From assembly GCF_001194135.2 (NCBI RefSeq), contig NC_068982.1, positions 132,268,330-132,332,329 on the forward strand: a stretch of 64,000 nt of DNA, written 5' to 3'. Positions 14,024-27,414 of the stretch are shown piece by piece. Within the stretch, counting starts at the first letter, position 1, and each line of letters opens with the position of its first letter. The notes beneath the pieces are model-generated. The model saw only the letters and a program-made list of their open reading frames with translations, was not told the origin of the DNA and searched no databases. Made by a program: the position numbers and the translations under genes. Source of the DNA: Octopus bimaculoides (lineage: Eukaryota).

Positions 14024-14459
14024 AGAAGACTGGGACTATAGTAGAAGACACTTGCCTAAGGTGTTACACAGTGGGAGTGAACACAAGACCACATATTTGG
14101 GAAGCATAGCTATACCTGAGCCTGTCAGATTGTCTTTTAGCAAAACATGCACTCATCTTCATCTATGCTGAAGAAGCATGGAAACAATGCTACAGGCACT
14201 GGTAAATGAGAACTTGTATAGAAAAAAAGAGTGGTTACTTCATGTGGATCCAATAAGAAGACCAGAAATTGAGGTTGACTGTATCGAAGCAGGGAAAGCA
14301 GCAAACCAATCAAAGGTAGTTGGCAAGATGCTGAAAATATCTGACAAAGTATGACGTGTGCTAGTTACTCATACATTCAATCAAATAGTGCAGGGAAGAG
14401 GCCTCAATTATATATTCACCTAATCCATGCAAACATGGAATAATAAAAATAAAAATGAA

Positions 14460-14498
<39 letters not shown>

Positions 14499-15123
14499 TT
14501 TGCAGTAAAAGAAAAGCTAACTGTGCAGTGAATAAGCATGTTCATTATTTCATAGCTTTATGTTCTGAGTTCAAACTCTGCTGTGGTCAAACCTTGCCTT
14601 TCGTCCTTTCAGGGTTGAAATAAGTGCCAGTTAAGCAGTGTTTGATGTAATCCTCGAGCCCCTCCCCAAGATTTCGAGCTTTGTGCTATGATAGAAAGGA
14701 TTATTTCATGGGATTGCAGTGAGATGGCAGGATTGTTAACATGTCAGACAAAATGCTTAGAAGCATTTCCTCTGGCTCATTACAAACTGAATTCATAACT
14801 AGCTAAGTTCAACGTTGCCTCTCATGCTTTCGAGGTCAATAAAATAAAGTACCAGTTGAATAATGGGGTTGATGTAATCAACTATACCACTCCCACTATA
14901 ATTGCTGGCCTTGTGCCATAATTTGAAACAATCATTTCATAGGTAATAACATATTGTAAATCTCTCTTCCTAGTGGAGAGCACAATTGCTGACGAAGTTT
15001 CAGCGGATACTTAATTAATGAGTTTTGAAAGAAATTGATGATAGTAAGGTTGTCAAATACATGTTATAAAAGAGAACTTCATAGAGTGTGAAAAGAAGAA
15101 AATAAACTATGAAATTATCTTAC

Positions 15124-15256
15124 CTTAATATGTTCAGTGAGTAATTCCCCAAAATGTGTCTTGTTGGAAGATGAAGGTTCTACATTAGGAACTTCAGCAT
15201 CATCTTCATCTTCTAGCCGTTTAATATAATCACTATTGTGATTATTGAAAATTGAT
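15124..15256 (-). CDS. YJU2: YJU2 exon 6
   Basis: TTTCAG acceptor, GTAAG donor; SIFNNHNSDYIKRLEDEDD...LLTEHIK; phases join exons 5 and 7. Confidence 0.85.
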
Positions 15257-15410
15257 CTGAAAGAAGACATGAGATAATCATCATCATCATCATTTAACAT
15301 TCAGCTCCTATATTAACAAACATAACATCACCATTGCTGAAACTGTCAAATGCGAACACATGGAACTAAACATTCAAGTTCAAACACACACACACACACG
15401 TGCACACATA

Positions 15411-15819
15411 TACTCTTTTACTCTTTTACTTGTTTCAGTCATTGACTGTGGCCATGCTGGAGCACCGCCTTTAGTCGAGCAAATCAACCCCAGGACTTAT
15501 TCTTTGGAAGCCTAGTACTTATTCTATCGGTCTCTTTTGCCGAACCGCTAAGTTACGGGGACGTACACGCACCAGCATCGGTTGTCAAGCGATGTTGGTG
15601 AGGACAAACACAGACACACAGACATATACACACACATACATATATATATATACATATATACGACGGGCTTCTTTCAGTTTCTATCTACCAAATCCACTCA
15701 CAAGTCTTTCGTCAGCCCGAGGCTATAGTAGAAGACACTTGCCCAAGGTGCCATACAGTGGGACTGAACTCGGATCCATGTGGTTGGTAAGCAAGCTACT
15801 TACCACACAGCCACTCCTA
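15411..15819 (-). mobile_element. tRNA-derived SINE (family A, internal microsatellite)
   Basis: A-box-like TGGCTGTGTGG head, central (TA/TG)n, (AGTAAAAG)n tail; near-identical to 45870-46311. Confidence 0.85.
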
Positions 15820-16469
15820 CGTCTATACATACATACATATGAACTTCTGCAGTTTCCATCAACCAATTTCCAATTTCACTCACGAGGCATTGCTTTATCA
15901 GCCTGAGGTTATAGAAGATAATACTTGTCATAAGTGCCACACAGTGAGATGTAACACATTAGTATCAATGGGCCAATTCCCTACTTCACTGCAGACACTC
16001 ACCATTTTGGTACCTACTGAATCATCCAATCACTGCCTAAACACATCTGCCCACAACACATCTACATACTGCATAACACCAGACCAAGTGACACTTCAAA
16101 TAAGTTTCATACTTTAATATCCAGTAAGTGTGCTTCACCTCTCTTCCACAGCTGAACAGAAGACCAAATTCAATCTCTTTGGAATATTCATAGCCCTCAC
16201 AAAACCAGACCCCATCCCCTAAATTTCCAACTTGTTCATACATAACTGGTCTTCAGCGATATAAACAACGAATGCAACTTACTACACCTAAAAAAACATC
16301 CCCAACCTCCACTGATAAGATGGCTTTTACTCACTATTGCAAGGCTACCATCCGTAAAATAAATTATACTTTCAAGCAACATTACACCCTGTAAGCTCTC
16401 CCAAATTACAACTTATCCTTTTTATCAATTACCAACTTTAAAAAATTCTTTTATCATCACTCTTTTACT

Positions 16470-16960
16470 ACATCATCATCGTGGTTTAACGTCAGTTTTC
16501 CATGCTGACATAGGTTAGACGGTTTGACTGAGGTCTGGAGAGTCAGCGGCTGCACCAGGCTCCAATCTGATCTAGCAATGTTTCTACAGCTGGATGCCCT
16601 TCCTAATGTCAACCACTCAGAGAGTGTAGTGGGTGCTTTTACGTGCCACTGGCACAAAAGCCAGTCAGGCAAGCCTGGTATCAATCATGTTCGGATAGTG
16701 CTTTTACATGCCACGGGCACAGGGGCCAGTCACGGGGTACTGGTATCAGCCATGCTTGGATGGTGCTGTTTGCATACCACCAGCACAGGAGCCAGTCATG
16801 GGGTACTAGCATCAGCCACGTTTGGATGGTGCCTTTTATGTGCCACCAGCACGGAAGCCAGTCAGGCAGACCTGGCATCAACCACATTCAGAGGGTGCTT
16901 TTCACATGCCACCTGCACAGGAGCCAGTCAGGGGGCACTGGCCACAGCTATGATATTGTA
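16470..16960 (-). mobile_element. RTE-LINE 3' tail with about 5 internal ~65-bp tandem units
   Basis: Shared terminal sequence plus repeated (G/A)TGCCAC..GCAC..AGCCAGTC units. Confidence 0.8.
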
Positions 16961-17784
16961 TCTGTGGCTACAACTTACAATAGCTCTGTAAATTGAACTT
17001 CTCATGAGAAAGCATCTACACCTTCTACCTACTTTTATTTCCTAACTCCACAAAGCTCTCGCACAGCCAAACATCTCCAAAACTTGCCTTGTCTATTCCT
17101 CCAATGTTACCACAACACATACATATTAGATATGAAAACACCTCCAGCTGCTTTATACCAACAAGGCAGCCAGTTCTCGCAAGATTCCTCACGTGTATGT
17201 AGGAACACCCATCTGTCTGTCTAGGCTCTAGGTTCAATTCCACTGCAGGAATTGCATATCCTACAATTGTGCATGAATCAGATTGGGCTAAGGTGATCTT
17301 TCAGTGTTATTAGTTGCCAATAATTTGAAGTTCATAAACAGAATGTATCTTTGGTGATAACAATAGGATAGATCACTTTTCCTATTAATGGATAAAGTAG
17401 GCTGTTGCCATATCTGCAGTTTTTCACAAAGGCAGTATTGGAAATTATTGACTCCAGGAGCTCAGTCAAAGATGTTCCAAGTGATGTTGGGGAAATAATT
17501 TCCTTAGTCCTGGAGTCTCCAGATGAAGCAGAACAGAGAAGTGGAATTAATCCTGTTTGCTCATAGTGAGATTAATTCCCTATAACACATCATCATCATG
17601 GCCTGCCTTCACCCAGCTAAAACTATGCTTGACACAACTGAAATGTAGCCTGACACCACCAGACTGATTACCTTACCACATGGAACATCATCATCTAAGT
17701 TTACTGAACCTGACAGATCACTAACTACTTGACACTAACAGACTGTGCATATATTTATATGTGGAGCATATATAAAATCAAATA

Positions 17785-18124
17785 ACATCAATGTACTGCC
17801 GTGCCAGTGGCATGTGAAAAGACATTCGAGCAAGATCGTTGTCAGTGCCGCTGGACTGGCTCCTGTGCAGGTGGCACGTAAAATACACCATTTCGAGCAT
17901 GGCCGTTGCCAGTACCGACTGACTGGCCTTCGTGCCGGTGGCATGTAAAAGCACCCACTACACTCTCGGAGTGGTCGGCGTTAGGAAGGGCATCCAGTTG
18001 TAGAAACTCTGCCAAATCAGATTGGAGCCTGGTGTAGCCACCTGGTCCACCAGTCCTCAGTCAAATCGTCCAACCCATGCTAGCATGGAAAGCGGATGTT
18101 AAACAATGATGATGATGATGATGA
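17785..18124 (+). mobile_element. RTE-LINE 3' tail copy
   Basis: Same family; (GAT)n tail. Confidence 0.8.
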
Positions 18125-18184
18125 ACTGATCAACAGAAGCCCATATATTCTCACCTAAAAGCCATCTTTACATTTTCTTAACTC

Positions 18185-18582
18185 TACTCTTTTACTCTTT
18201 AATTTGTTTTAGTCATTTCACTGCGGCCATGCTGGAGCACTGCCTTTAGTCAAGTAAATCGATACCAGGACTTATTCTTTGTAAGCCTAGTACTTATTCT
18301 ATCCGTCTCTTTTGCTGAACCGCTAGGTTACGGGGATGTAAACACACCGGCATCGGCTGTCAAGCGATGTTGGGGGACAAACACAGATACACACACATAC
18401 ATATATATGTATATACATATATACGACAGGCTTCTTTCAGTTTCTGTCTACCAAATCCACTCACAAGGCTTTGGTCGGCCCGAGGTTTTAGTAAAAGACA
18501 CTTGCCAAAGGTGCTACGCAGTGGTTCTGAACCCGGAACCATGTGGTTGGTAAGCAAGCTACTTACCACACAGTCACTCCTG
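18185..18582 (-). mobile_element. tRNA-derived SINE (family A)
   Basis: Same structure as 15411-15819. Confidence 0.85.
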
Positions 18583-18845
18583 TGTGTATCCAAGGAAAAA
18601 GATACACATCAGTGCCTACAAAACCTTAAGCAATGTGGAGCTGAGTCCGACTGTCATTAAATGACTGAACAAATATATGTACTTATGTATGCATTCGTGC
18701 ATGTATATATAAATGTATATAACTACTCAGTAACTTCTACTTAATAATAACAATAAATTATAGCTTCATTAAAAATTACTCAAGAGATATAGGCAGTATT
18801 GCTGTCAATATAAAATGGGTAACATAAAGAGTGGAATTATCTTAC

Positions 18846-19027
18846 TTTACAAGGTTTTCATCCTCTTCGTCTTGTAGTTTAGCTAATTGTTCTTCATAAG
18901 CAGCATGCAACTTCAACATGGTTTCATGGTCAACAGAGGCATGTCGGTTATTCAAGTCTCTCAATTCTTCTAAAGCATCAATTTGCTCCATTTCTTGTCG
19001 ACTGGCTTTCGTTCTGTTTTCCAGTAC
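18846..19027 (-). CDS. YJU2: YJU2 exon 5
   Basis: CAG acceptor, GTAAG donor; VLENRTKASRQEMEQIDALEELRDLNNRHASVDHETML, a conserved CCDC94 coiled coil. Confidence 0.92.
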
Positions 19028-19114
19028 CTGAGATACAAGATTTTAGAGATTGTTCTTAAAAGGAAAATAAAACCCACATTCTACTACTACCATATCTATA
19101 CTTAAACAAGATAC

Positions 19115-19826
19115 GAGGGTACCTGTGGAAGAGGTAGATCCAGGAAGACCTGGTATGAGGTGGTGAAGCACGACCTTCGAACATTAGGCCTCACCGAGGC
19201 AAAGACTAGTGACCGAGGCCTTTGGAAATATGCTGTGCGTGAGAAGACCCAGCAAGACAAGTGAGACCATAACCCGTGGCATTACCAGGGGTGTAGCCAG
19301 CCCACTTGTGCATACCTTTCCTTCTTTGGACACAAAACCCTGCTTGCAAAGACCTGTTGAGGCAAGTGAAATCGAAATTGAACCAAATTCGATGACTGGC
19401 ACCCATGCTAACCTTCCTTAATTGGACACTAAACTCAGCTTGCGAAGACCTGCTGGGGCAAGTGAGATTGAAAGTGAACCAAATTTGATGACTGGCACCC
19501 GGGCCAGTGGAGCGCTAACAGCAGCATCCGAACGGGATTACTGCCAGAGCAGCGGTCTCCAACCGTGCAGGTGGCACGTAAAAAACACCATTTGAGCGTG
19601 GTCGTTGCCAGTACCACCGGACTGGCCCTCGTGCTGGTGGCACGTAAAAAGCACCCACTACACTCTCGGAGTGGTTGGCGTTAGGAAAGGCATCCAGCTG
19701 TAGAAACTCTGCCAGATCAGATTGGAGTCTGGTGTAGCCATCTTGTTCGCCAGTCCCCAGTCAAATCGTCCAACCCATGCTAGCATGGAAAGCAGACGTT
19801 AAATGATGATGATGATGATGATGATA
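19115..19826 (+). mobile_element. 5'-truncated RTE-clade LINE: ORF C-terminus (19115-19264), 3' UTR and (GAT)n tail
   Basis: EGTCGRGRSRKTWYEVVKHDLRTLGLTEAKTSDRGLWKYAVREKTQQDK* is a GRP/RKTW-type RTE C-terminus. The downstream UTR is the tail repeated across the window. Confidence 0.85.
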
Positions 19827-20469
19827 AGGATAGAGAAAAGTAGCAGATGAGTTTTATTTACTTGAAAAGTAAAAGTTCAACTCTTACTTTATGGTTAAAT
19901 GGTTAAAAGTAAGATAATCATCCAACTACAAAACACTTCTTAATTTAGATTTTAAAAAAAAGGACATTTGTCATTCTACTCTCATTTATCAACACGGTTT
20001 TTATATCTTTCTGCAGACAGTATTGCTTTAATATCTATTCTAGGCTAATAACAAAAACATAACTGTTTCTAATCTAGGCACAAAGCCAGCAATTTTAGGT
20101 GGCAGCAGTTAGTTGATACCATCAAACTCAGTACTAGACTGGTGTTATATTTTGTCAACTTTGAAAGGATGAAATAAAAGTTGACTTTGATGGGATTTGA
20201 ACTCGAAACACAAAGAATCAGAAGGCATTCAGCCAATCCACTGCCCAAACAACACCTTGTTAACTGTTTCAATAACAAATACCATTTCATGTTTTGTAAG
20301 CTTGCAACCAACAAAGGATAATGAATGATGTTGTTTAACCCCAGGTCAACCCTGATCAAAGAGACTTTGAGCCATGATCAAAGACATTCTAGACATGACC
20401 AATTCACCTTTATTGCTTACCAATTAAGATGCAAAAATCATTTTTATTGATAGACCATTTCTATCATCG

Positions 20470-20775
20470 TGCCTGGTGGCACGTAAAAAGCACCATTCAA
20501 GCATGATTGTTGCCAGTGCTGCCTGACTGGCTCTCGTGCTGGTGGCACGTGAAAAGCACCATTCAAGCGTGGTCAATGCCAGTACAGCCAGAGACACGTA
20601 AAAAGCACTCACTACACTTCCAGAGTGGTTAGCGTTAGGAAAGGCATCCAGCTGTAGAAACTTTGCCAGATTGGATTGGATCCCAGTGCAGCCTTCTGGC
20701 TTGCCAGCCCTTAGTCAAACTATCCAACCCATGCCAGCATGGGAAGCAGACGTTAAATGACGATGATGATGATGA
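20470..20775 (+). mobile_element. RTE-LINE 3' tail copy
   Basis: Same family. Confidence 0.75.
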
Positions 20776-21549
20776 AAGATGGTAGGATGTAATAAGATGG
20801 AGATTGGCAACTATTTCAACAATTATACAGAGACTCCTTCATTGATTCCAAGCAAATGTTTACAAAGTTGGTACCAATGATAACATTTTTCATGCCACAA
20901 CACTCCCAGTTCCATCTTTTACTGACTTCACTTCATCAGCTGCACATTATATCGCTACAAATACATTTCTAATCTTCCCTATCCAAACATATGGCTTGGA
21001 ATCATCATCAACAGTTAAAACCATGCTTACATGAGTCAGATGACATTAGTTGAAGCAGATTTTCTATGGCTGGATGGGCTTCCTGTTATCAACTTTTAAC
21101 TATTTCCAAGCAAAGTAAACTTTCTTCTGATCTTTTGAACATAAAAAGGATAATGACCAAACATATTTTCACAGAAGCAAACAAAAGAAACAATACTGCT
21201 TGTAAGATGAAGATGCTTGCTAACAACTAGCACACAATGTCAAGTTAAGGAGACACACACACACACAATGGACTTCTTCAGTTTTCTGCCAACTAAATCC
21301 ACTCCCAAGGTTGTGGTTGGCCTGGGGCTATATCAGAAAATACTTACCTGAGGTGCCAAACAATGAACTTCTTAACCATATAGCTATGGGATAGTTTTCA
21401 AAAAAAAAAAACATTAACCAAATCTTTAGACGGTTTGATGGATTTTAAACACTGCACAATCTCTAAGCTCACAGAACTAAGAGATCAGATGGTAATTTCT
21501 TATAAGTAGTATGCTCAAAGAAAATAAATATATATGGAATACAACTAAC

Positions 21550-21684
21550 CTTCATTGGGTTATTCATTTCCTCCTCTTCTTTCTCTTTACGAGACCGTTC
21601 CTCCATCTGTTCTGCCAATTTGGCAGCTTCAAAATTTCTTGTAGCTCCAGCTTCCAAGGTGTAATCAGTGTTTTTCAAGTCAGT
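21550..21684 (-). CDS. YJU2: YJU2 exon 4
   Basis: TAG acceptor, GTTAG donor; [45 protein letters not shown]. Confidence 0.95.
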
Positions 21685-22044
21685 CTAATGACAAGACAAA
21701 AATTATACATGAATTAAATCTTTGAATAATTACTCAATCAAAAAAAAAGGTTTTATTAGATTAATATTCAACAACTGTTTCTAATCTTGTAATTTTTCCA
21801 GACTCCATAAGTCTTTTCTGTTTTTTTTACCTACAGCTTAGGTTCAATTTATTTGTAAATTTTAAACATTTTCTGATTTTACTAAAAATGGATTTTGTTC
21901 ATGAACTAAAATATTAAGCATTACATGGAAAACAGTTCTAGTAAATTCATAAAAATTAAATTTGTTCATTTATATATAAATCATTAATTCAAGTCTTTCA
22001 GTTAAATTTTGTACCAATTTAAGAGGTACTGAGTGGTTGAGCTG

Positions 22045-22380
22045 AGACCCCCTTCGGTCATGACTGACCATGGGTTTGCATCTAGAAAGTTGCCTTCCCA
22101 GGCACACGTCCGGGCAAGGTTATTTATGGAAGACCAGCAGTCGCCCATGCATACCGGCCTCCCCTCTACATGCCACCAGTGTTATCCAAAGGAAAGGCAA
22201 AGGCCGATATAGTTTGGCACCTGTGATGTCGCAACTCATTTCTACAGCTGAGTGAACTGGAGCAACATGAAATAAAGTGTCTTGCTCAAGAACACAACAC
22301 GCAGCCCGGTCCAGGATTTGAACTCACAACTTCACAATCGTAAGCTTGACGCTCTAACCACCGAGCCATGCGCCTTCACT
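22045..22380 (-). mobile_element. tRNA-derived SINE (family C); degenerate relatives at ~9092-9360 and ~52320-52620
   Basis: Minus-strand head GTGAAGGCGCATGGCTCGGTGGTTAGAGCG (A box) and GAGTTCAAATCC (B box); ACTGAGTGGT repeated on both flanks. Confidence 0.8.
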
Positions 22381-23068
22381 ACTGAGTGGTACTACATTGA
22401 TTAAAAGATACCTACTTACCACAAAACATTAACAAATAATGATTATATTATTACAGAATTTCTAGAATATACCTCCATCTCTCCACTTGTTTGGTAGTTC
22501 AATTTGTGCATGTAATATCACATCTTTAACATACAAGCCAGGTGATTTAATCTGAGCAATATATATCTAGGAGTGCCAATTTAACCAGCTCCTGCAGTTT
22601 ACCTGCATTCTAAATACCTGCTACCCACTGACATACATTACTAGCTATGTTAGAGCCCTTTTGGAGCCAGTCTACATTTCAATAATTGCAGTAAGTTTGT
22701 TTGAACAAATAATCAGATGAAAATTTGTCTTGACAACTTGTAGTTATTTTTCAGTCACGTACCAAACTACTCTGTTGGTTCAAATAATTCTTGTGTTCCA
22801 AATTATAACCTTCCTCATTTTATTTAGTTTTCATAACTGGACAATTCTGTGCTTTGCCCAAGACAAAACATAATGCAAATGCCAATATATGAACTCCCAA
22901 AACTTCTGCTCATAAGCCGACACACAACTAATCTAATTAGACATTGCAATTTCACATTTAACATCACATTTAACAACATATTGTATTATTTATATGAAAG
23001 TCACTAGGTTAGATTAAAATGATTTCAAAATAGAAAAAGAAGGCAGATCTTTCTTAAAAAATCCTTAC

Positions 23069-23213
23069 CTTGAAAGCAATCTCAGAAACGCATCGTGGAC
23101 ATTTGATGTAGAATCGGAAAATCTTTAAACCCAAATAATCTTCATTTTCTACAGTTTCTTTACGAGAATTAAATTTCTTTCCCTTGTAAACATATTCACC
23201 ACAAGTATTACAT
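23069..23213 (-). CDS. YJU2: YJU2 exon 3 (zinc-binding CxxC...CxxC)
   Basis: TAG acceptor, GTAAG donor; [21 protein letters not shown]...[23 protein letters not shown]. Confidence 0.97.
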
Positions 23214-25087
23214 CTAAGAATAAAATAAAATACAGGCCAAGCAATGCAATAATTCAATGAAAAAACAGTTTCAACAAAAAAGAATGAAAAGTTAAAGCTT
23301 CTTCAAGCAAAAACTAAATGACAATTAAATTAGCAATAACAATAAAATTCCTTCACCTAGATAAGCCAAGATGGCTTGTCAAACTGATCAACAACATTAG
23401 TCAATTCAAGGGATATATAAAAATTATTAATGTAATTTCCTGGATGATCTTCAACTTAAATCAACACTAAACACACATTAAAAATTCAATTCATTCCCAT
23501 AATCTTTATTCAGATGACCATAACATATAACTTTTCATTTCATGGCATTAATCCAGAAACCACCATCAGACATCTCGTTCGCAAATTATGAAATGATGAA
23601 ATGAATTCTTATCCACAAGTTTCTGGATATTCTTCATTATCATCATTACCATTAGTTTACATCTGTTTGTCCGTGTCAGCACGGGTTGTACAAGTTGTCC
23701 CTTCTCTTGACACACTATCACTTCTGTGGGTTTTTCAGATGTGGCAATAGGTACAGGTATGGTTATGTGGTTCAGAAGCTGACTCCCCAACTCCTGAAGT
23801 TGTCTCACTAAAAAAAAATAAAAGACACAAACCCAAACTGCAATAACTTTTTAAATGGCACCTGTTCCTGTCCCTCTATTATATTTTTGCCAATTATGCC
23901 TGACATAAAGCCACCTCCCTCTCTACTACACCCTCCGCTCAGTTGAGGGACTTCTCTTGTGAGTTACCTGGTGACCTCACTATTTCCAGTGCCACTAGAA
24001 AAAAAGCACCCAGTCTACTCAGTAAAGTGGTTGGTGTTTGGAAGGGTATTTGTCATAGAAATCATGCCAAAGTCGAAATTGAAACTTAACATATTCTTAT
24101 GGCTCATCAGAACCATATAACCTATACCAGTAGGGAAAACAAACATTCAATAATGATGATTTATAAGTGTGTTAAAAAATGAATAACTGTAACTGACCTT
24201 GGAGTGTCAGAGAGAATCAGATGTCACTCAGCTGAAAGAAACTCTTTACTCTATCACAATCATCATGAGAGAGAACAGTGCTTTATTGAATTGGCAACTA
24301 TAAGGTGTGCATAAAACAGTAACATTCTATATAAAATGACACTATGCTAGTTCATTAGAAAAGATATCCAACATCTACATAAAACAGAATGTATACTGAG
24401 AAATTATTAAAGTTTATGTTACGGGATGATGATAAAAGGATTTCCAAACTGCATGTATGTGGTTTATAATAGATTAGGAAAGTGTCTGCGAGTAGTATCA
24501 GTGTCTGCTAAATCACATCAGTGTTATTTTATATGAATGGACACAACATAGCCAAATGGTTAAGAAGTTTGCATCACAATCATGAGGTCCTGGGTTCAAT
24601 TTCACTGTGTCTTTTACCATTGCTTCAGGTCACTCCAAATCTTTTGAGTGAAACTGAGTAGATGGAAACAGTGTAGAAGCAGTCAAATGGACCATACGAG
24701 TAATTCAAAAAGGTACAGCCTTGTCACACACTGTGGCAAGCTAATTCTACTTACAGATTATGTTAATGATATATATGCATCTATGGAATACTCAGTCACT
24801 TGCAGCCTAATTCTATGAGCAAGTTGTTCAGTTGATTGAACCACTGAATCCTCTCATAGCCAAACCAACAGAAGTCTGTTTCTATTTTAACTGGAATATT
24901 TCTGTTTCTTACACCCCTTATAGTTACAAGCTCAGTGAAGTATCTTTTCTAGACACTCATGACAGACTAAAAGGTTTCCAATAATTGAATAACATCCGAT
25001 ACATATCAATATTTCAAGTAGATAAAAACATCTTTTTTAACACACTTTAAACACCTAAGAACTTACTTGACAATATTTTTATAGGAA

Positions 25088-25475
25088 CAGGCATGGCTGT
25101 GTGGTTAAGAACCTTGCTTTGCAACCACAATATTTTGAGTTCAGTCCCAACATGCAGCACCTTCAACAAGTGTCTTCTATCATAACTCTGGGCTGACCAA
25201 AATTGTAAGTAATTTGGGAGATGGAAACTGTGTGGAAGCCTGTTGTGTGTGTGTGTGTGTGTGTGTGTGTGCATGTATTTTTGTGCCTGTCCCCACACAG
25301 CTTAAAAATTGATGTTGGTTTGGTTATGTCCCCACAACTAAGCAGTTCAGCAAGAGATTGATAGAATGTAACAGGCTTCAAAAATGAAAGAAGTACTGGG
25401 GTTGATTTATTCTAAGCGGTGCCCCAGCATGGCCACAGTCCAATGATAGTAATAAGTGAAAGATAAAAGATACAT
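25088..25475 (+). mobile_element. Diverged tRNA-derived SINE (family A)
   Basis: Head GGCATGGCTGTGTGG, central (TG)n, CCAGCATGGCCACAGTC tail. Confidence 0.7.
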
Positions 25476-25594
25476 TAAAATGACTAATATTTTTACAATA
25501 TTACTTTAAACCATTTTTTATGAAAACATTTTGCTCATCAAATATTCCTTTCTTTCAGTTCATCTTTCATTTTCATATCTGACTTAATATTTAC

Positions 25595-25695
25595 CTCATA
25601 TTGAATGGAGCCATAATACGAATGCTGTATTGCCTATTTCTGGGCAACCGTAACTTGGGGATCTTTGAGGGATCGAAATCCGGTGGATAGTATTT
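25595..25695 (-). CDS. YJU2: YJU2 exon 2
   Basis: CAG acceptor, GTAA donor; [34 protein letters not shown]. Confidence 0.97.
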
Positions 25696-26184
25696 CTGAA
25701 ATATAAATAGAAAATAGCAATTGTTTTAGATATTGTAATTCTGTGGGATATAATTAATTTCAAATAACTATAGATCACTCTGTGTGTGTGATAAAAGAAA
25801 TATAACAGAATACATTCAATCTAGTTTATTACTCAGATTTTGTCTACTGCCATACCTATGGGATATCATCTGCGAAAAGATTTTTTTCCTTTTTAATCAA
25901 AGGAACAGTAACACCCATGACCTCTGCAGGTCATCCCAGACTGGTAAGGTTATTACAGTTGATGTTGAACTTTTGTTGCTTCAAGTTGAAGTCTATAAGG
26001 GTAAGGGAGCAAATACATTGTTGAATAATCCAAAAGAAATAGCAACTAAATCCCCCCTCATATCACGTACTGCTATCTTGCATATGGTTCTAGGTACACC
26101 GCCCAAAATACGATGGAATGTTCGTTTGGAACATCTTGGATCAGAAGTATACTCAGACAGGGATGAAATGGAGTAAAAAAAAAG

Positions 26185-26475
26185 GTGGACATTGGAATTA
26201 GACACTGAGGGAAAATGGCTGTAACTTTTTTATTTTTTAATTTTGGCGATTTTCGTTTTAGATAATGTGTTCTATATGTCACGGTCATGCGATTCCCCCT
26301 ACAAAAAAAAAAAATCCCCCCTTCCCCTGTGTGGGGGGAGGGGAGGTCCAAATTTTTTTAGGGGGAATCGCATGACCGTGACATATAGAACACATTATCG
26401 AAAACGAAAATCGTCAAAATTAAAAAATAAAAAAGTTACAGCCATTTTCCCTCAGTGTCTAATTCCAATGTCCAC
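26185..26475. mobile_element. Mutator/MuDR-like foldback MITE
   Basis: 117-bp TIRs (26185-26301 and 26359-26475) with 2 mismatches; 9-bp flanking duplication AAAAAAAAG. Confidence 0.8.
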
Positions 26476-27414
26476 AAAAAAAAGCATGGACAGAGACGTC
26501 CCACAACTTAGTAGTTTAAGAATACCCATTTCTAAATTACTCAATTGTTTTGATTACCTCTCATTACTTCTAGATTTTGAGACAGAATCCAAATGTTACC
26601 TAGTACCCCGATAAAATAATTTCAAACTGAAATAAGTACTGTATCAATACGAACAACAGAAGCAGTAAAAGTAGGACCTTAGCATGGTCGCAGTCCAATG
26701 AGTGAAAGCAATAAAAATATAAAAAAATGCAAACGTGTGTTCGACATTCATGGTATCGATGTAAATAAGACAAAGATGAATGAGAGTTTAGTAACAAGTA
26801 TTTTATATCTTCATTAACACATAAAGCGCGACAGGCCACGATCGTGGCTGTCAGGAACGGGTCGACAGGCTACGATCGTGGCCCAAATAGATGCATTTAA
26901 TTTATGGGTGTTTGTTGGGGTCTAATGTCACTGAAACGCTCCGATACCCCCACGTCCCACCCAGAATACAAGAGGACTAATAGTTCAGCTAATCACTTTT
27001 CAGATGATGTAAAACTTGCCACCACTTTATACTAAGAAATTTTAGCTAGTTTTTATTTTGTGTGCATGGTAGTCTCATTTTTATAAAATGTGCTCAGCAG
27101 TCCATGCTAAGTGCAAATCCCAGCGCTTTGTGGGTTAATAGATACGAAATATATATATCTTTGGGTTCTTTACTCTCTAATTTTCTTCTTCAGATTTTTA
27201 AAAAAGAAATATAAAAGTGATTCAGGTATATAAAGTAATTTTTTAAGTTTAAAATATTATACAAATGAAGTAGGATGGGTTTTCTTTACAAATCAAAATA
27301 ATACAAACACAATTACTAGAAGCAAAAACAAATCAATTCACATATATCAAAACAAAACTTACATTTAAAACACACAGATCAATTTACATATATATCTATT
27401 AAAATGCAACTTAC

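Noticed and set aside
16620-16960. Regularly spaced ~65-bp repeats that look CRISPR-like (also 49080-49400)
   Set aside because: The whole unit is repeated with no unique spacers, it is part of a LINE 3' UTR, there are no cas genes, and the context is eukaryotic.
25784-26176. 130-aa plus-strand ORF antisense in YJU2 intron 1
   Set aside because: No recognisable motif or splice context; this length is expected by chance.
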